A stretch of DNA of 64,000 nt from an uncultured bacterium (GCA_965368515.1 CBDUNF010000001.1:4265-68264), one strand, 5' to 3'; positions 29,149 to 39,015 are shown, numbered from the stretch's first letter. Made by a program: numbers and translations. Notes: a model not told the origin generated them from the sequence alone.

Positions 29149-30324
29149 GTGAACAAGACCATCGGCATCGGTGTCGTCGGGTTTGGTTGGATGGGCCAGG
29201 CGCACAGCCGCGCCTACCGCAACATCCCCGTGTATTTCCCTGAGACCGGGCTGGAGCCCAAGCTGGTTGCCATTGCGGACAACGTGCCCGAGCGGGTCGA
29301 CCTGGCAGTCAACAACTTCGGCTTCGAGACCGGCACCGCCGATTGGCGCGAGCTCCTGGACCGTGATGACATCGACGTCATCGATTGCACAGCACCAACT
29401 GGCATGCATGAAGAGGTGGCCGTTGCGGCTGCTGCTGCCGGCAAACACGTCACCTGCGAGAAGCCGGTGGGCATCACACCGATGGCAACGGCCGCCATCG
29501 AAAAGGCGTCGCGAGATGCTGGTGTGATCACCGGGTGCGGCTACAACTATCGGTGGGCGCCGATGGTGCAGTACACCAAGCAGCTCATCGATGACGGTCG
29601 GTTCGGAGACCTGACTCACTACCGCGGCCGGTTCTTCTCCATGTATGGGCGGGATCGGCTCGGCCTTCTGTCGTGGCGGTTCAAGCAAGACGAGGCCGGG
29701 TTTGGGGCTCTCGCCGACATCATGTCCCACGCCGTCGACATGGCTCAGTACCTATGCGGACCGATCAAGAAGGTCGTCTCCGTCAAGGAGATCTTCGTCA
29801 AGGACCGCCCTCTGCCCACTCCGGGTTCGGGCACACACTATGACCGGGGCAAGCCCGATGACCCTACCGGCGTGGTCACCAACGAGGACTACGTCGGAGC
29901 TCTGGTTGAGTTCGAGAACGGAGTGCGAGGGACACTCGAGGCGGATCGCTCCATCTTTGGACCGCAGAGCCAGATGGCCTTTGAGATGAACGGTTCCAAG
30001 GGCGCCGCATACTGGGACCACGAGAAGCTCAATCAACTGTCGTTGTATCTCCCCGAGGAACAGCCAACCGACGGGTTTGTCGAGGTGCTGTCGGGCGATG
30101 CCTACAAGCACCACGGCAACTTCGTGCCGGGCGGCGGCAACTCGATTGGCTACGAGGACCTCAAGACGATCGAGGCCCTCGAGTTCATCACTGCGGTTGC
30201 CGAAGGCCGTCCCAACAAGCCCGACTTTGGTGACGCGTTGTCCGCTGCGTCGGTTGCGGCTGCGATGGTGCGGTCCTGGGAATCGGAGAAGTGGGAAGAC
30301 GTCGTCAGCCTTCGTATCGACTGA
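29149..30324 (+). CDS. Gfo/Idh/MocA family oxidoreductase
   Basis: IGIGVVGFGWMG N-terminal motif, CEKP motif; AGGAGAAACA RBS before GTG. Confidence 0.8.
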   Translation: MNKTIGIGVVGFGWMGQAHSRAYRNIPVYFPETGLEPKLVAIADNVPERVDLAVNNFGFETGTADWRELLDRDDIDVIDCTAPTGMHEEVAVAAAAAGKHVTCEKPVGITPMATAAIEKASRDAGVITGCGYNYRWAPMVQYTKQLIDDGRFGDLTHYRGRFFSMYGRDRLGLLSWRFKQDEAGFGALADIMSHAVDMAQYLCGPIKKVVSVKEIFVKDRPLPTPGSGTHYDRGKPDDPTGVVTNEDYVGALVEFENGVRGTLEADRSIFGPQSQMAFEMNGSKGAAYWDHEKLNQLSLYLPEEQPTDGFVEVLSGDAYKHHGNFVPGGGNSIGYEDLKTIEALEFITAVAEGRPNKPDFGDALSAASVAAAMVRSWESEKWEDVVSLRID

Positions 30325-30336
30325 CCCGGAGGACAA

Positions 30337-31098
30337 ATGCTGCTCGAGAACACAACCAAGCGCAAGCTCCGTGACGGCGGGACCGTCTATGGATGTTTCA
30401 TGCGCCAGGCCGAGGCGACCCTCGCCGAATTCATCGCGATGCAGGGCATGGACTTCATGATCTTCGACGGCGAACACGGGTCGCTCGAAGCCCGCGACAT
30501 CGAAGGGCTCAGCCGGGCCTGTGAGTTGCACGGCGTAACACCGATCGCCCGGGTCAGTAGCAACCAGCCGGCGGCGATATTGCGCTTTCTCGATGCCGGA
30601 GCCCATGGAGTCCAGATCCCCTGGGTGAATACCGCGGCCGAGGTCGAGCAGGCAGTGCAGTCGGCGAAGTACGGGCCTCGCGGGTTGCGCGGACTCGCCG
30701 GGAGCAGGCAAGGCGGATGGGGCCTCACCGAACCGCTGGGCGAATACACCCAGCGTGCCAATCGTGAAACGATGGTGGTTATCCACATCGAAACCGCCCA
30801 GGCCGCCGCGGCGGTCGAGGAGTACGTCGGCATCGACGATGTCGACGTCTTGTTCATCGGCCCCACCGATCTGTCCCATTCGCTTGGGCACCCCGGGAAC
30901 CCTGGTCATTCCGAAGTGGTCGAGGTCATGGATCGGGTCACCGAGGCCGTGGTGGCGTCCGACAAGACACTCGGCATCTTTGTTGGGACCCGGAAGGCGG
31001 CTGCAGATTGGCACGCCAAGGGTGCTCGCTACATCGCAACAGGTCTAGAAGGAATCATCAAGCAAGGAATCCAGGCATACCTACCTGGCGACCGGTAA
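30337..31098 (+). CDS. HpcH/HpaI family class II aldolase (2-keto-3-deoxy-acid aldolase-like)
   Basis: TIM-barrel PEP-utilising/HpcH pattern (MIFDGEHG...HIET...LFIGPTDLS). Confidence 0.8.
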   Translation: MLLENTTKRKLRDGGTVYGCFMRQAEATLAEFIAMQGMDFMIFDGEHGSLEARDIEGLSRACELHGVTPIARVSSNQPAAILRFLDAGAHGVQIPWVNTAAEVEQAVQSAKYGPRGLRGLAGSRQGGWGLTEPLGEYTQRANRETMVVIHIETAQAAAAVEEYVGIDDVDVLFIGPTDLSHSLGHPGNPGHSEVVEVMDRVTEAVVASDKTLGIFVGTRKAAADWHAKGARYIATGLEGIIKQGIQAYLPGDR

Positions 31099-31109
31099 AG
31101 GAGTCACCA

Positions 31110-32954
31110 ATGGAGACCATCCGACTGACAACTGCGCAGGCCATCGTCAAGTGGCTGCTCGCGCAGCGAACAATCGTTGCCGGTGAAGAAGTCGGCATCT
31201 TCGCCGGAGCCTTCGGCATCTTCGGTCACGGCAATGTCACATGTCTCGCCGAGGCGCTCCAGCCGGTCCAGGACGAGCTGCCGACCTGGCGCGGCCACAA
31301 CGAGCAGTCAATGGCTCTTGCCGCCGTCGCCTACGGCAAAGCTATGCGTGGCAAGCGCATCATGATCGCCACCTCCTCGATCGGCCCCGGCAGCACCAAC
31401 ATGGTTACCGCTGCTGCCGCTGCTCACGCCAATCGCATCCCCGTGCTGCTGTTCTCAGGCGACACATTTCAGCACCGCATCGTTGATCCGGTGCTCCAGC
31501 AGGTTGAGAACTTTGGGAACCCGACCATCACCGCAGCAGATACCTTCAAGCCGGTCACTCGGTATTGGGATCGGATCAGCCGTCCAGAGCAGGTGGTTCA
31601 GTCGCTCCCGCAGGCGCTGGCCGTCATGCTCGACCCCGCCACGCGCGGCCCGGCGTTCTTTGCGCTGCCGCAGGACATCCAAGCCGAGGCGTACGACTAT
31701 CCGGCCCGATTCTTCGAGCCCAAGGTGCATTTCGTTCGTCGTCCTGGGCCCGATCCGCGTGAGGTCGCCGCAGCTGCCGCGATGCTCACCAAGGCCGAAA
31801 AGCCGATGATCATCGCCGGTGGAGGGGTGCATTACTCCGACGCGGTTGCGGAGTTGACCGACTTCGCCGAACGGCGGGGCATTCCGGTCGTCGAGACGGT
31901 CGCCGGCAAGGCCACCATGGTCCACGACCATCCGAACTATGCGGGTCCTATCGGTGTGACGGGGTCGGCCGCTGCAAACTCTGTGGCCGAAGACGCAGAC
32001 GTCGTTGTTGCCATCGGCACCCGACTGCAGGATTTCACGACCGGATCATGGTCCGTGTTCAAGAACCCGAACACCCGCTTCATTGCCATCAACACTGCCG
32101 GTTGGGATGCACACAAGCAGATGTCGCAGCCGGTAGTCGCCGATGCAAAGGCAGCGCTCGCCGCACTGGACGCTGCGATCGGTGATTACAGGGCTGCGCC
32201 CGCCTGGCTGGCCTTTGCTCAGGACCGTATCGCCGAGTGGCACGACTATCTCGACTCCTGGAAGGGCCGGGAGCACGATGGGCCGCCGGCGTATGCCGAG
32301 GTCATCCAGGTAGTCAACGAGGTCTGCGACGACGACGACTACTGCCTCTCGGCGGCCGGTGGGCTGCCGGGTGAGCTAGTGATGGGTTGGAGGTCCAAGG
32401 CTGTCGGTTCGTTCGACTCCGAGTATGGCTACTCCACCATGGGATACGAGATCGCCGGTGCCTGGGGAGCGAAGATGGCTCGCGGTGACGGTGATGTCGT
32501 TTGCTGGGTTGGCGACGGCTCGTACTTGATGATGAACTCCGACATCTACTCAACGGTGATGACGGGTAAGAAGGTCATTTTCATGGTCTGTGACAACGGC
32601 GGGTTCGCCGTCATCAACCGGCTCCAGGTCAACACCGGTGGCGAGGAGTTCAACAACCTGTTGCGGACTGCACGGCACGAGCGCTATTTCCATGTCGACT
32701 TTGTCAAGCACATCGAAGCGATGGGTGCTCTAGCCGAGAAGGTAGACAACATCGAAGACCTGCCCGCGGCATATGCCCGGGCGAAGGCGGCAGACCGCAG
32801 CTACGCCATCGTTGTCGACATCGATGAGTACACATGGACCGAGGGTGGCGCCTGGTGGGAGGTTGGCATCCCCGAGGTCAGCGACCGTGAGCAGGTGCGA
32901 GTCGCCCGTGCGGAACTCGAGGCCGAGAAGAAGCACCAACGAGTCGGGATCTGA
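31110..32954 (+). CDS. iolD: 3D-(3,5/4)-trihydroxycyclohexane-1,2-dione acylhydrolase (decyclizing), TPP-dependent
   Basis: TPP enzyme with GDGS...NN ThDP-binding motif (VGDGSYLMMNSD...VCDNGGFAV); IolD-type length ~615 aa; AAAGGAG RBS. Confidence 0.8.
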   Translation: METIRLTTAQAIVKWLLAQRTIVAGEEVGIFAGAFGIFGHGNVTCLAEALQPVQDELPTWRGHNEQSMALAAVAYGKAMRGKRIMIATSSIGPGSTNMVTAAAAAHANRIPVLLFSGDTFQHRIVDPVLQQVENFGNPTITAADTFKPVTRYWDRISRPEQVVQSLPQALAVMLDPATRGPAFFALPQDIQAEAYDYPARFFEPKVHFVRRPGPDPREVAAAAAMLTKAEKPMIIAGGGVHYSDAVAELTDFAERRGIPVVETVAGKATMVHDHPNYAGPIGVTGSAAANSVAEDADVVVAIGTRLQDFTTGSWSVFKNPNTRFIAINTAGWDAHKQMSQPVVADAKAALAALDAAIGDYRAAPAWLAFAQDRIAEWHDYLDSWKGREHDGPPAYAEVIQVVNEVCDDDDYCLSAAGGLPGELVMGWRSKAVGSFDSEYGYSTMGYEIAGAWGAKMARGDGDVVCWVGDGSYLMMNSDIYSTVMTGKKVIFMVCDNGGFAVINRLQVNTGGEEFNNLLRTARHERYFHVDFVKHIEAMGALAEKVDNIEDLPAAYARAKAADRSYAIVVDIDEYTWTEGGAWWEVGIPEVSDREQVRVARAELEAEKKHQRVGI

Positions 32955-32956
32955 CG

Positions 32957-33754
32957 ATGGCCGACCTTGATGGCAAGGTTGCGCTGCTGACCGGAGCCGG
33001 GTCGCTGGTCGGCGGCGCCATCGGCCAGAAGCTGGTCGATGCGGGGGCCAGGGTGGTGATGGCCGGTCGCAATGAAGCGAACGGAGCCGAGGTGGTTGCG
33101 CCGCTTGGTGACTCCGGCGTGTTCGTGAGCACCGACATCACCAAGGATGAAGACCTCGATGCGCTGGTGGCGGTGGCCGTGGGTCGGTTTGGCGGAGTAG
33201 ACATTGTTGTCTCCGCTGCTGCCATCTTCGATTGCGGGATGCTGGAGACCACACGGGAGAATTGGTTGCGGTCGTTCGATACCAACGTGATCAGCGGTGC
33301 AATGCTGATCGAGAAAGCGGTACCCCACATGCGGGAGCGCGGGGGAGGGGCTGTCGTCATCGTCGGTTCGATCTCCGGCAAGCAGTCGCAGCCAAATCGG
33401 ATTGTGTATCCGACCACCAAGTCCGCCCTGCTCGGTTTGACCCGGAACATGTCCCAGGCGCTGGCGCCGGACAATGTCCGGGTCAACCACATCACCCTGG
33501 GGTGGACGTGGAGCCGCAACATCGAGCGCCGCTACGGCAGCCGGGAACGAGCGGACCTGTTTGCCGCGGAGTTCCAACCGATGGGCCGGATGGTGCACCC
33601 TGAAGAGTGCGGCGATGCAGTCGTCTTCCTGAGCTCGGATCGGGCATCGTTCATCACCGGCGCCGATCTTGCCGTCGACGGTGGCTACGACGCAATCGGC
33701 CCCGAAGCGATGGGTCAGCCGTTCGAGAAGGTCCCGGCGCTGCCGGACACATAG
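32957..33754 (+). CDS. SDR family oxidoreductase
   Basis: TGAGSLVGGAIG cofactor motif; YxxxK (YPTTKSAL). Confidence 0.85.
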   Translation: MADLDGKVALLTGAGSLVGGAIGQKLVDAGARVVMAGRNEANGAEVVAPLGDSGVFVSTDITKDEDLDALVAVAVGRFGGVDIVVSAAAIFDCGMLETTRENWLRSFDTNVISGAMLIEKAVPHMRERGGGAVVIVGSISGKQSQPNRIVYPTTKSALLGLTRNMSQALAPDNVRVNHITLGWTWSRNIERRYGSRERADLFAAEFQPMGRMVHPEECGDAVVFLSSDRASFITGADLAVDGGYDAIGPEAMGQPFEKVPALPDT

Positions 33755-33782
33755 AAGCGGCGCCACCCAGCCGGCCCCTTAC

Positions 33783-33831
33783 GCTTCTTGCGTATCTGGT
33801 GTCCATATGTGGACGTGGTCTACGCCAGAAC
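33783..33831. repeat. 49-bp repeat, copy B (matches 17263-17311)
   Basis: gcttcttgcgtatctggtgtccatatgtggacgtggt identical in both copies. Confidence 0.6.
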
Positions 33832-33943
33832 GGTTAGGGGGTGGCCACCGCTGACCTCAGTGGCGGCCGGGCGAAGATGCAGATGTGTGACGGTTCAGCA
33901 TCGATCCGCAAGTTCAGCAAAGCGGCCGGCAGTCAGGTTCCAT

Positions 33944-34624
33944 ATGCTGTCGCCCATGCCCTACGAGATGGACCTGAGCACGTTCTCGCTTGATCGGTTT
34001 GCCGAGGTGCTGACAACGGTTGAACCGCTGCCCAGCCGCCGGATCCTCGTCGACCACATCGTCGACATCACGGCACGACTTGGAGCCGAGGGCGTGTCAG
34101 ACATAGAAGAGCTGCGCAAACTGTTGGCCGACAAGAAACGGTACGAAACAATCGGCGAGGATCTGGGGGTCGATGCCGCCTACCTGACGGTGCTGAACCG
34201 TGAGGTGAACTCGTACAGGACCAAACCGTTGCCGCTGGCGAAGCTCAACTTCCTCACCGCTGACGAGCTGGCGGTATTGGAAGGTGTCGGCATCAGGTCA
34301 ACGAAGGCTCTCTACGAACGTTGCGCCGCAAAGAGCGATCGCTATGCGCTCGCCGAGGAACTGGCCATCGATACCGGGCGGTTGGTCGAGACGCTGCGGC
34401 TGGCCAACCTGGTGCGAATCAACGGCGTCGGTCCCTCATTTGCGCGGTTCCTCCTCGATCTTGGAGTGCGCGGCCCTGATGATCTTCGGTTGATGGAGAC
34501 CGATGAGATCGTCCGGCGCTACTCGGATTCGATCGCCGGCGAGCCGAATCAACCAAAGCTACGAGGCGAGGACATCGAATACTGCAAGCGGTTCTGCGAA
34601 GGCCTTCAGGACGACGTTGAGTGA
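33944..34624 (+). CDS. DUF4332-like helix-hairpin-helix domain protein (putative); start uncertain
   Basis: Repeated HhH-like segments (LEGVGIRSTKALYE, INGVGPSFARFLLDLGV); weak RBS. Confidence 0.4.
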   Translation: MLSPMPYEMDLSTFSLDRFAEVLTTVEPLPSRRILVDHIVDITARLGAEGVSDIEELRKLLADKKRYETIGEDLGVDAAYLTVLNREVNSYRTKPLPLAKLNFLTADELAVLEGVGIRSTKALYERCAAKSDRYALAEELAIDTGRLVETLRLANLVRINGVGPSFARFLLDLGVRGPDDLRLMETDEIVRRYSDSIAGEPNQPKLRGEDIEYCKRFCEGLQDDVE

Positions 34625-35271
34625 ATCCGCTCGATGCCGTCGAGGATCAGGCGAAGCCCAAACTCGAACTCAGTTTCATCAACGTCGACTGGATCAACAA
34701 GATGCTGACGGACGTGAACAGCCAGATCCGGGTACTCGTCGGCCGGCAGTTCGGCTAGGAACCGGTCAGCGAACTCGTCGAGGTTGTCCATATCGGCGGC
34801 AAAACTGAGCAGCTGCATCGTGTAACCGAGGATGTGGTTTTCGACGACGTGATAGGCGTGGTGGGTGAGGTCCTCAGACAATCCTCCGTTGCGGAGGGTC
34901 GACAGGGCAACGTCCATGTAGCGCATCCGGGCGGGTCCGAGGTTGAGACGAGAGACCCACAGCATTCCCGCCCATGGGTGACGCAACAGAACTTCCTGGG
35001 CGGAGATCGCGCGGTGCCGGGTTGCCGACTTCCAACCACCCCTACCGGTGAGATCGATCTCGGCCGCGACGACGTCGATGATCCCGTCGAGGATCTCGTC
35101 CTTGTTCCTGACGTGGTGATAGAGCGACATCGCCTCCACCCCCAACTCCGCGGCTAGCTTGCGCATCGTGAGCGAGCCAAGACCGCCCGCATCGGCGAGA
35201 CCGACTGCTGCCTGCAGCACACGGTCACGGCTGAGCGGGGCTCGCGGTGTATCTGTCATTTCGTCTGGCAC
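34606..35271 (-). CDS. TetR/AcrR family transcriptional regulator
   Basis: N-terminal HTH (LTMRKLAAELGVEAMSLYHHVRNKDEIL) and TetR_C-like C-terminal domain. Confidence 0.8.
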   Translation of the reverse strand: MPDEMTDTPRAPLSRDRVLQAAVGLADAGGLGSLTMRKLAAELGVEAMSLYHHVRNKDEILDGIIDVVAAEIDLTGRGGWKSATRHRAISAQEVLLRHPWAGMLWVSRLNLGPARMRYMDVALSTLRNGGLSEDLTHHAYHVVENHILGYTMQLLSFAADMDNLDEFADRFLAELPADEYPDLAVHVRQHLVDPVDVDETEFEFGLRLILDGIERIHSTSS

Positions 35272-35369
35272 GATTCCTCCTCAGGGGATATTACCTCTTG
35301 ACAGCCTTACTTTGTATGGGTAGCTTTGAAGTGTACCCTTACAACGTAAGAATAGGGTAGGAGGAAATC

Positions 35370-36338
35370 GTGAAGGCAATCACCCAGTACAAATACGGCG
35401 GTCCCGAGACGCTTCAATTCGAGGACATCGCCAAGCCCATTCCCCAGGACGATGAGGTCCTGGTCGAAGTCCGGGCTGCGTCACTCAACATTGCCGATTG
35501 GCACATGATGACGGGCACTCCATGGATCGTGAGACTCATGGGCGGGGGTTTCCGCCGACCAAAGAACACGACCATTGGTAGTGATGTCGCAGGGGTAGTG
35601 GAAGCCGTCGGGACTGCGATCTCCACGTTCCAGCCCGGTGACGAGGTCATGGGCGACATCCGCAGGTCGTTCGCCGAGTACGCCGTCGCCAAGGAGAGGT
35701 GGCTGACCCATAAGCCGGAAGGTACGAGTTTCGACCAGGCCGCCGGGATTCCGTTGGCGGCGATCACTGCACTCCAGGGCCTGCGCGATCACGGCAAGCT
35801 ACAGGCCGGGCAGAAGGTCTTGGTCAATGGTGCGTCGGGATCTGTCGGCACCTTCACGGTGCAGATCGCCACCGCCATGGGGGCGGAGGTGACAGCCGTG
35901 TGCAGCACCCGCAATGTCGATACGGCCCGCTCGCTCGGGGCCTCGCATGTCATCGACTACACCAAAGAGGATTTCACCAAGGTGGCCGAGCGGTTCGATG
36001 TGATGATCGATATCGTTGGCAACCGTTCTCCGAAGGCATGTCGTGATTTGCTCGTCGCCGGCGGAATCTACGTCATCATTGGCGGTCCCAAGGGGCGGGT
36101 CCTGGGCCCCATTCCCAGGATGATCAGGGCGAAGTTTGCGTTCATGGGCCGCAGCCAGCACATGGTCTGGTTCGTGGCGAAGGTGAACCGGCCGGACCTG
36201 GATGTCCTGAGCGGCATGGTCGAGGAGGGCAAGCTCGTCTCGGTTGTCGATCGCACTTACTCGCTCGACCAGGTGCCGGACGCCTTCCGCTATCTCGGCG
36301 AGGGCCATGCCAAAGGCAAGCTCATCGTCACCATCTAG
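35370..36338 (+). CDS. NADPH:quinone reductase / zinc-binding alcohol dehydrogenase (MDR) family oxidoreductase
   Basis: GASGSVGTFTVQIA cofactor motif; MDR length; TAGGAGGAAATC RBS before GTG. Confidence 0.8.
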   Translation: MKAITQYKYGGPETLQFEDIAKPIPQDDEVLVEVRAASLNIADWHMMTGTPWIVRLMGGGFRRPKNTTIGSDVAGVVEAVGTAISTFQPGDEVMGDIRRSFAEYAVAKERWLTHKPEGTSFDQAAGIPLAAITALQGLRDHGKLQAGQKVLVNGASGSVGTFTVQIATAMGAEVTAVCSTRNVDTARSLGASHVIDYTKEDFTKVAERFDVMIDIVGNRSPKACRDLLVAGGIYVIIGGPKGRVLGPIPRMIRAKFAFMGRSQHMVWFVAKVNRPDLDVLSGMVEEGKLVSVVDRTYSLDQVPDAFRYLGEGHAKGKLIVTI

Positions 36339-36347
36339 CTGAGGCTG

Positions 36348-36638
36348 TTAGCGGTCGGCCATGTCCTTCTTCAGCACCCGGAGGACATCGCCGATCGCGA
36401 CGTGCGACTCGATGGGATGGCGGAGGGGAGCTTCGTCGATCAATTCGTAGTGGTTGCGCCTACCCACTTTCTCATGGCTCAGGTAGCCGTCGTGCTCGAG
36501 TTCGGCGACGATGCGCTGGGTGGCCCGCTCGGTGATCCCGACCTTCATGGCGACCTCGCGCAGCGTAATGTCGGGGTCCTCCGAGATGCTGAAAAGCACA
36601 TGGGCGTGATTCGTAAAGAACGTCCATTTTGCGTTCAT
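36348..36638 (-). CDS. small winged-helix HTH transcriptional regulator (ArsR/MarR-like)
   Basis: 97 aa; HTH LREVAMKVGITERATQRIVAELEHDGYL; GAAGGAGG RBS; divergent from the mrp operon. Confidence 0.6.
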   Translation of the reverse strand: MNAKWTFFTNHAHVLFSISEDPDITLREVAMKVGITERATQRIVAELEHDGYLSHEKVGRRNHYELIDEAPLRHPIESHVAIGDVLRVLKKDMADR

Positions 36639-36717
36639 CACCGAACCTCCTTCGTCATTCGTATCTTCTAGCTTTCCAATTATATACGCTCTAGATTTCG
36701 TGTAAATTGGTTCATCT
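36639..36717. promoter_or_regulatory. AT-rich divergent control region with inverted repeat CCAATTATA...TAAATTGG
   Basis: ~80 bp strikingly AT-rich segment in a ~67% GC genome, located between the regulator and mrpA starts. Confidence 0.35.
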
Positions 36718-39015
36718 ATGGTCTCCCTCCTTCTGATACATCTCGTTGTCGCCGTCTGCCTGGCGATCTTCCGTCGCTCGATCGGGCGGGGGGCCTTTGT
36801 TTTGGGTGCGATCGGCCCGGCCGCGGTCCTGACGTGGGCAGCAGTGAGCGCCGGTGACATCGTTTCCGGTACGCCGTTCGAGCAGTCGATCTCTTGGGTA
36901 ACCAACCTCAACCTCGTATTTGGGTTCCGAGTCGATGCGTATGCCCTCGTGTTCCTGTTGGTGATTGCAGGCGCCGGGCTGCCGATCTTTCTCTACGCGA
37001 GCCGCTACTTCTCCTCTTCACCGCAGGCGACGACTTTTGCCGCAACGATGACCGTGTTTGCCGGAGCGATGGTCGGTCTGGTCGGTTCCGATCACATGAT
37101 CTCCCTGTTTGTGTTCTGGGAACTGACCACCATCACGTCGTACCTGCTGATTGGATTCGACGACGGGAAGGCAGCCGCCCGGTCCGCCGCTCTCCACGCG
37201 GCTCTTGTGACTGGGGCGGGTGGGTTGGCCATGCTTGGAGGTATGGTGCTCCTAGCGGGTGAGGCCGGCACTTACTCGCTGTCGCAGATTGCCCAGAACC
37301 CGCCGGCACAGTCCGGCTTGGTCACCCTTGCATGGGTCTTGATCCTGCTCGGCGCGGTGACCAAGTCGGCTCAGTTCCCTTTCCATGCGTGGCTCCCCGG
37401 CGCCATGGCGGCTCCGACGCCGGCGAGTGCCTTTCTGCATTCCGCGACCATGGTCAAGGCGGGGATCTTCCTCGTCGGCCGCTTTGGCACAGCCGCGATT
37501 GCCACAACCGATTGGTGGCAGCCTGCGGTCCTGGCAATCGGGTTTGCGACGATGATCATTGGAGGATGGCGAGCCCTGCGCCAGTACGACCTGAAGCTGC
37601 TGCTCGCCTTTGGGACCGTATCGCAACTCGGATTCATCTTTCTCCTCGTTGGCTCGGGTGCTCCCGAGCTGATCTTCGGCGGGGTGGCCATCCTTATCGC
37701 TCACGCTCTCTTCAAGTCCACGCTTTTCCTCGTTGTTGGTGCGATTGATCATGAGGTTGGGACGCGTGATCTACGCCGTCTGTCTGGCCTTCGCACTGCG
37801 ATGCCAACGTTGTTCTGGACGGCGACCGGCGCCGCGTTGTCGATGGCTGCGGTTCCGCTGTCGCTCGGCTTTGCAGCAAAAGAGGCTGCATTCGACGGTC
37901 TACTCGGGCAAAGCACGCTTCTGATCGCGATCGCCGCTATCTCATCAGTGCTGACCGTGGCTTACACCTCGCGTTTCCTCATGGGGGCGTTCGGTCGCCA
38001 TCACGAAGGAGCCGAAGCGGTTGGAGCCGACGTGTCGGGGCCGCGCAGCGTGCTGCTCTGGGCCCCGGCCGCGATCGCAGGGCTGTCTGTTCTGCTCGGT
38101 CTCACGCCGGGGGTGCTCTTCCCTCTGGTCGATGAGGCAACTCGAGTTGTCACGGGCGTTAGCAAGGCGGGCAAGCTGGTCATCTGGCCGGGCCTGGTGC
38201 CGGCGCTCGCCTGGTCGGTGGCTTCGCTGACCGTCGGTGGGCTACTTGCCTGGCGAACCGGCGGAGTTGATGCCGCAATGGTACGGGTCGGTGTGGTCGC
38301 CGGTCATCTGCCTACCGCGGACGGCGCGTACCGTCGCTCGATTCCAGCGCTGCTTCGTTTTGCCGATCGCGCTAGTGGTCTTCTCCAGAACGGCTCACTG
38401 CCCGCGTACTTGGCGACGATCCTGATCGTTGCGATCGGTGCGCCGACAGTTGCCGTGCTATCTAACCGGCCGACCTTTGCCGTTCCGCAGTCGGGGACTC
38501 TGCTCGAATGGATCCTCGGCTTGCTAATCGTTGCCTTTGCAGTGTCGCTGGTCTTTGTCCGGCGGCGGTTCGCAGTCGTGATCTTGCTCGGGGGAGTGGG
38601 CTACGGAATCGCCGGTCTCTATTCCGTGCTCGGCGGTCCCGATCTCACCCTCACTCAGCTTCTGGTGGAGACACTGGCTATCGCCCTGTTCGCCTTTGTG
38701 TTGCGCCACCTGCCCGCCGTTTTCACCAAGCCGGCAACCGCCCGCCTTCCCCGCTTGGCGGTGGCCCTCTTGGTTGGAGCGTTTGTGTTTGGTGCGGGGT
38801 TGTTGGCCAACGCCGCCCGAACAACCGAGACGGTTTCTGCAACCTACCTGGCCGACGCGGTGCCGAAGGCTGCTGGCGGGAACGTCGTCAACGTGATCCT
38901 CGTTGACTTCCGTGCGTTCGACACTCTCGGCGAGATCACCGTGTTGGTCGCCGCGGCACTTGGTGTCGCGGGCTTGGTGCTGCCGGTGATCCGCGGCCAA
39001 CGGAGCCGAGCATGA
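36718..39015 (+). CDS. mrpA: Na+/H+ antiporter subunit A (MrpA/MnhA, with C-terminal MrpB-like domain)
   Basis: 765 aa; NuoL-like proton-pumping subunit sequence (HAWLPGAMAAPTPASAFLHSATMVKAG). Confidence 0.85.
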   Translation: MVSLLLIHLVVAVCLAIFRRSIGRGAFVLGAIGPAAVLTWAAVSAGDIVSGTPFEQSISWVTNLNLVFGFRVDAYALVFLLVIAGAGLPIFLYASRYFSSSPQATTFAATMTVFAGAMVGLVGSDHMISLFVFWELTTITSYLLIGFDDGKAAARSAALHAALVTGAGGLAMLGGMVLLAGEAGTYSLSQIAQNPPAQSGLVTLAWVLILLGAVTKSAQFPFHAWLPGAMAAPTPASAFLHSATMVKAGIFLVGRFGTAAIATTDWWQPAVLAIGFATMIIGGWRALRQYDLKLLLAFGTVSQLGFIFLLVGSGAPELIFGGVAILIAHALFKSTLFLVVGAIDHEVGTRDLRRLSGLRTAMPTLFWTATGAALSMAAVPLSLGFAAKEAAFDGLLGQSTLLIAIAAISSVLTVAYTSRFLMGAFGRHHEGAEAVGADVSGPRSVLLWAPAAIAGLSVLLGLTPGVLFPLVDEATRVVTGVSKAGKLVIWPGLVPALAWSVASLTVGGLLAWRTGGVDAAMVRVGVVAGHLPTADGAYRRSIPALLRFADRASGLLQNGSLPAYLATILIVAIGAPTVAVLSNRPTFAVPQSGTLLEWILGLLIVAFAVSLVFVRRRFAVVILLGGVGYGIAGLYSVLGGPDLTLTQLLVETLAIALFAFVLRHLPAVFTKPATARLPRLAVALLVGAFVFGAGLLANAARTTETVSATYLADAVPKAAGGNVVNVILVDFRAFDTLGEITVLVAAALGVAGLVLPVIRGQRSRA

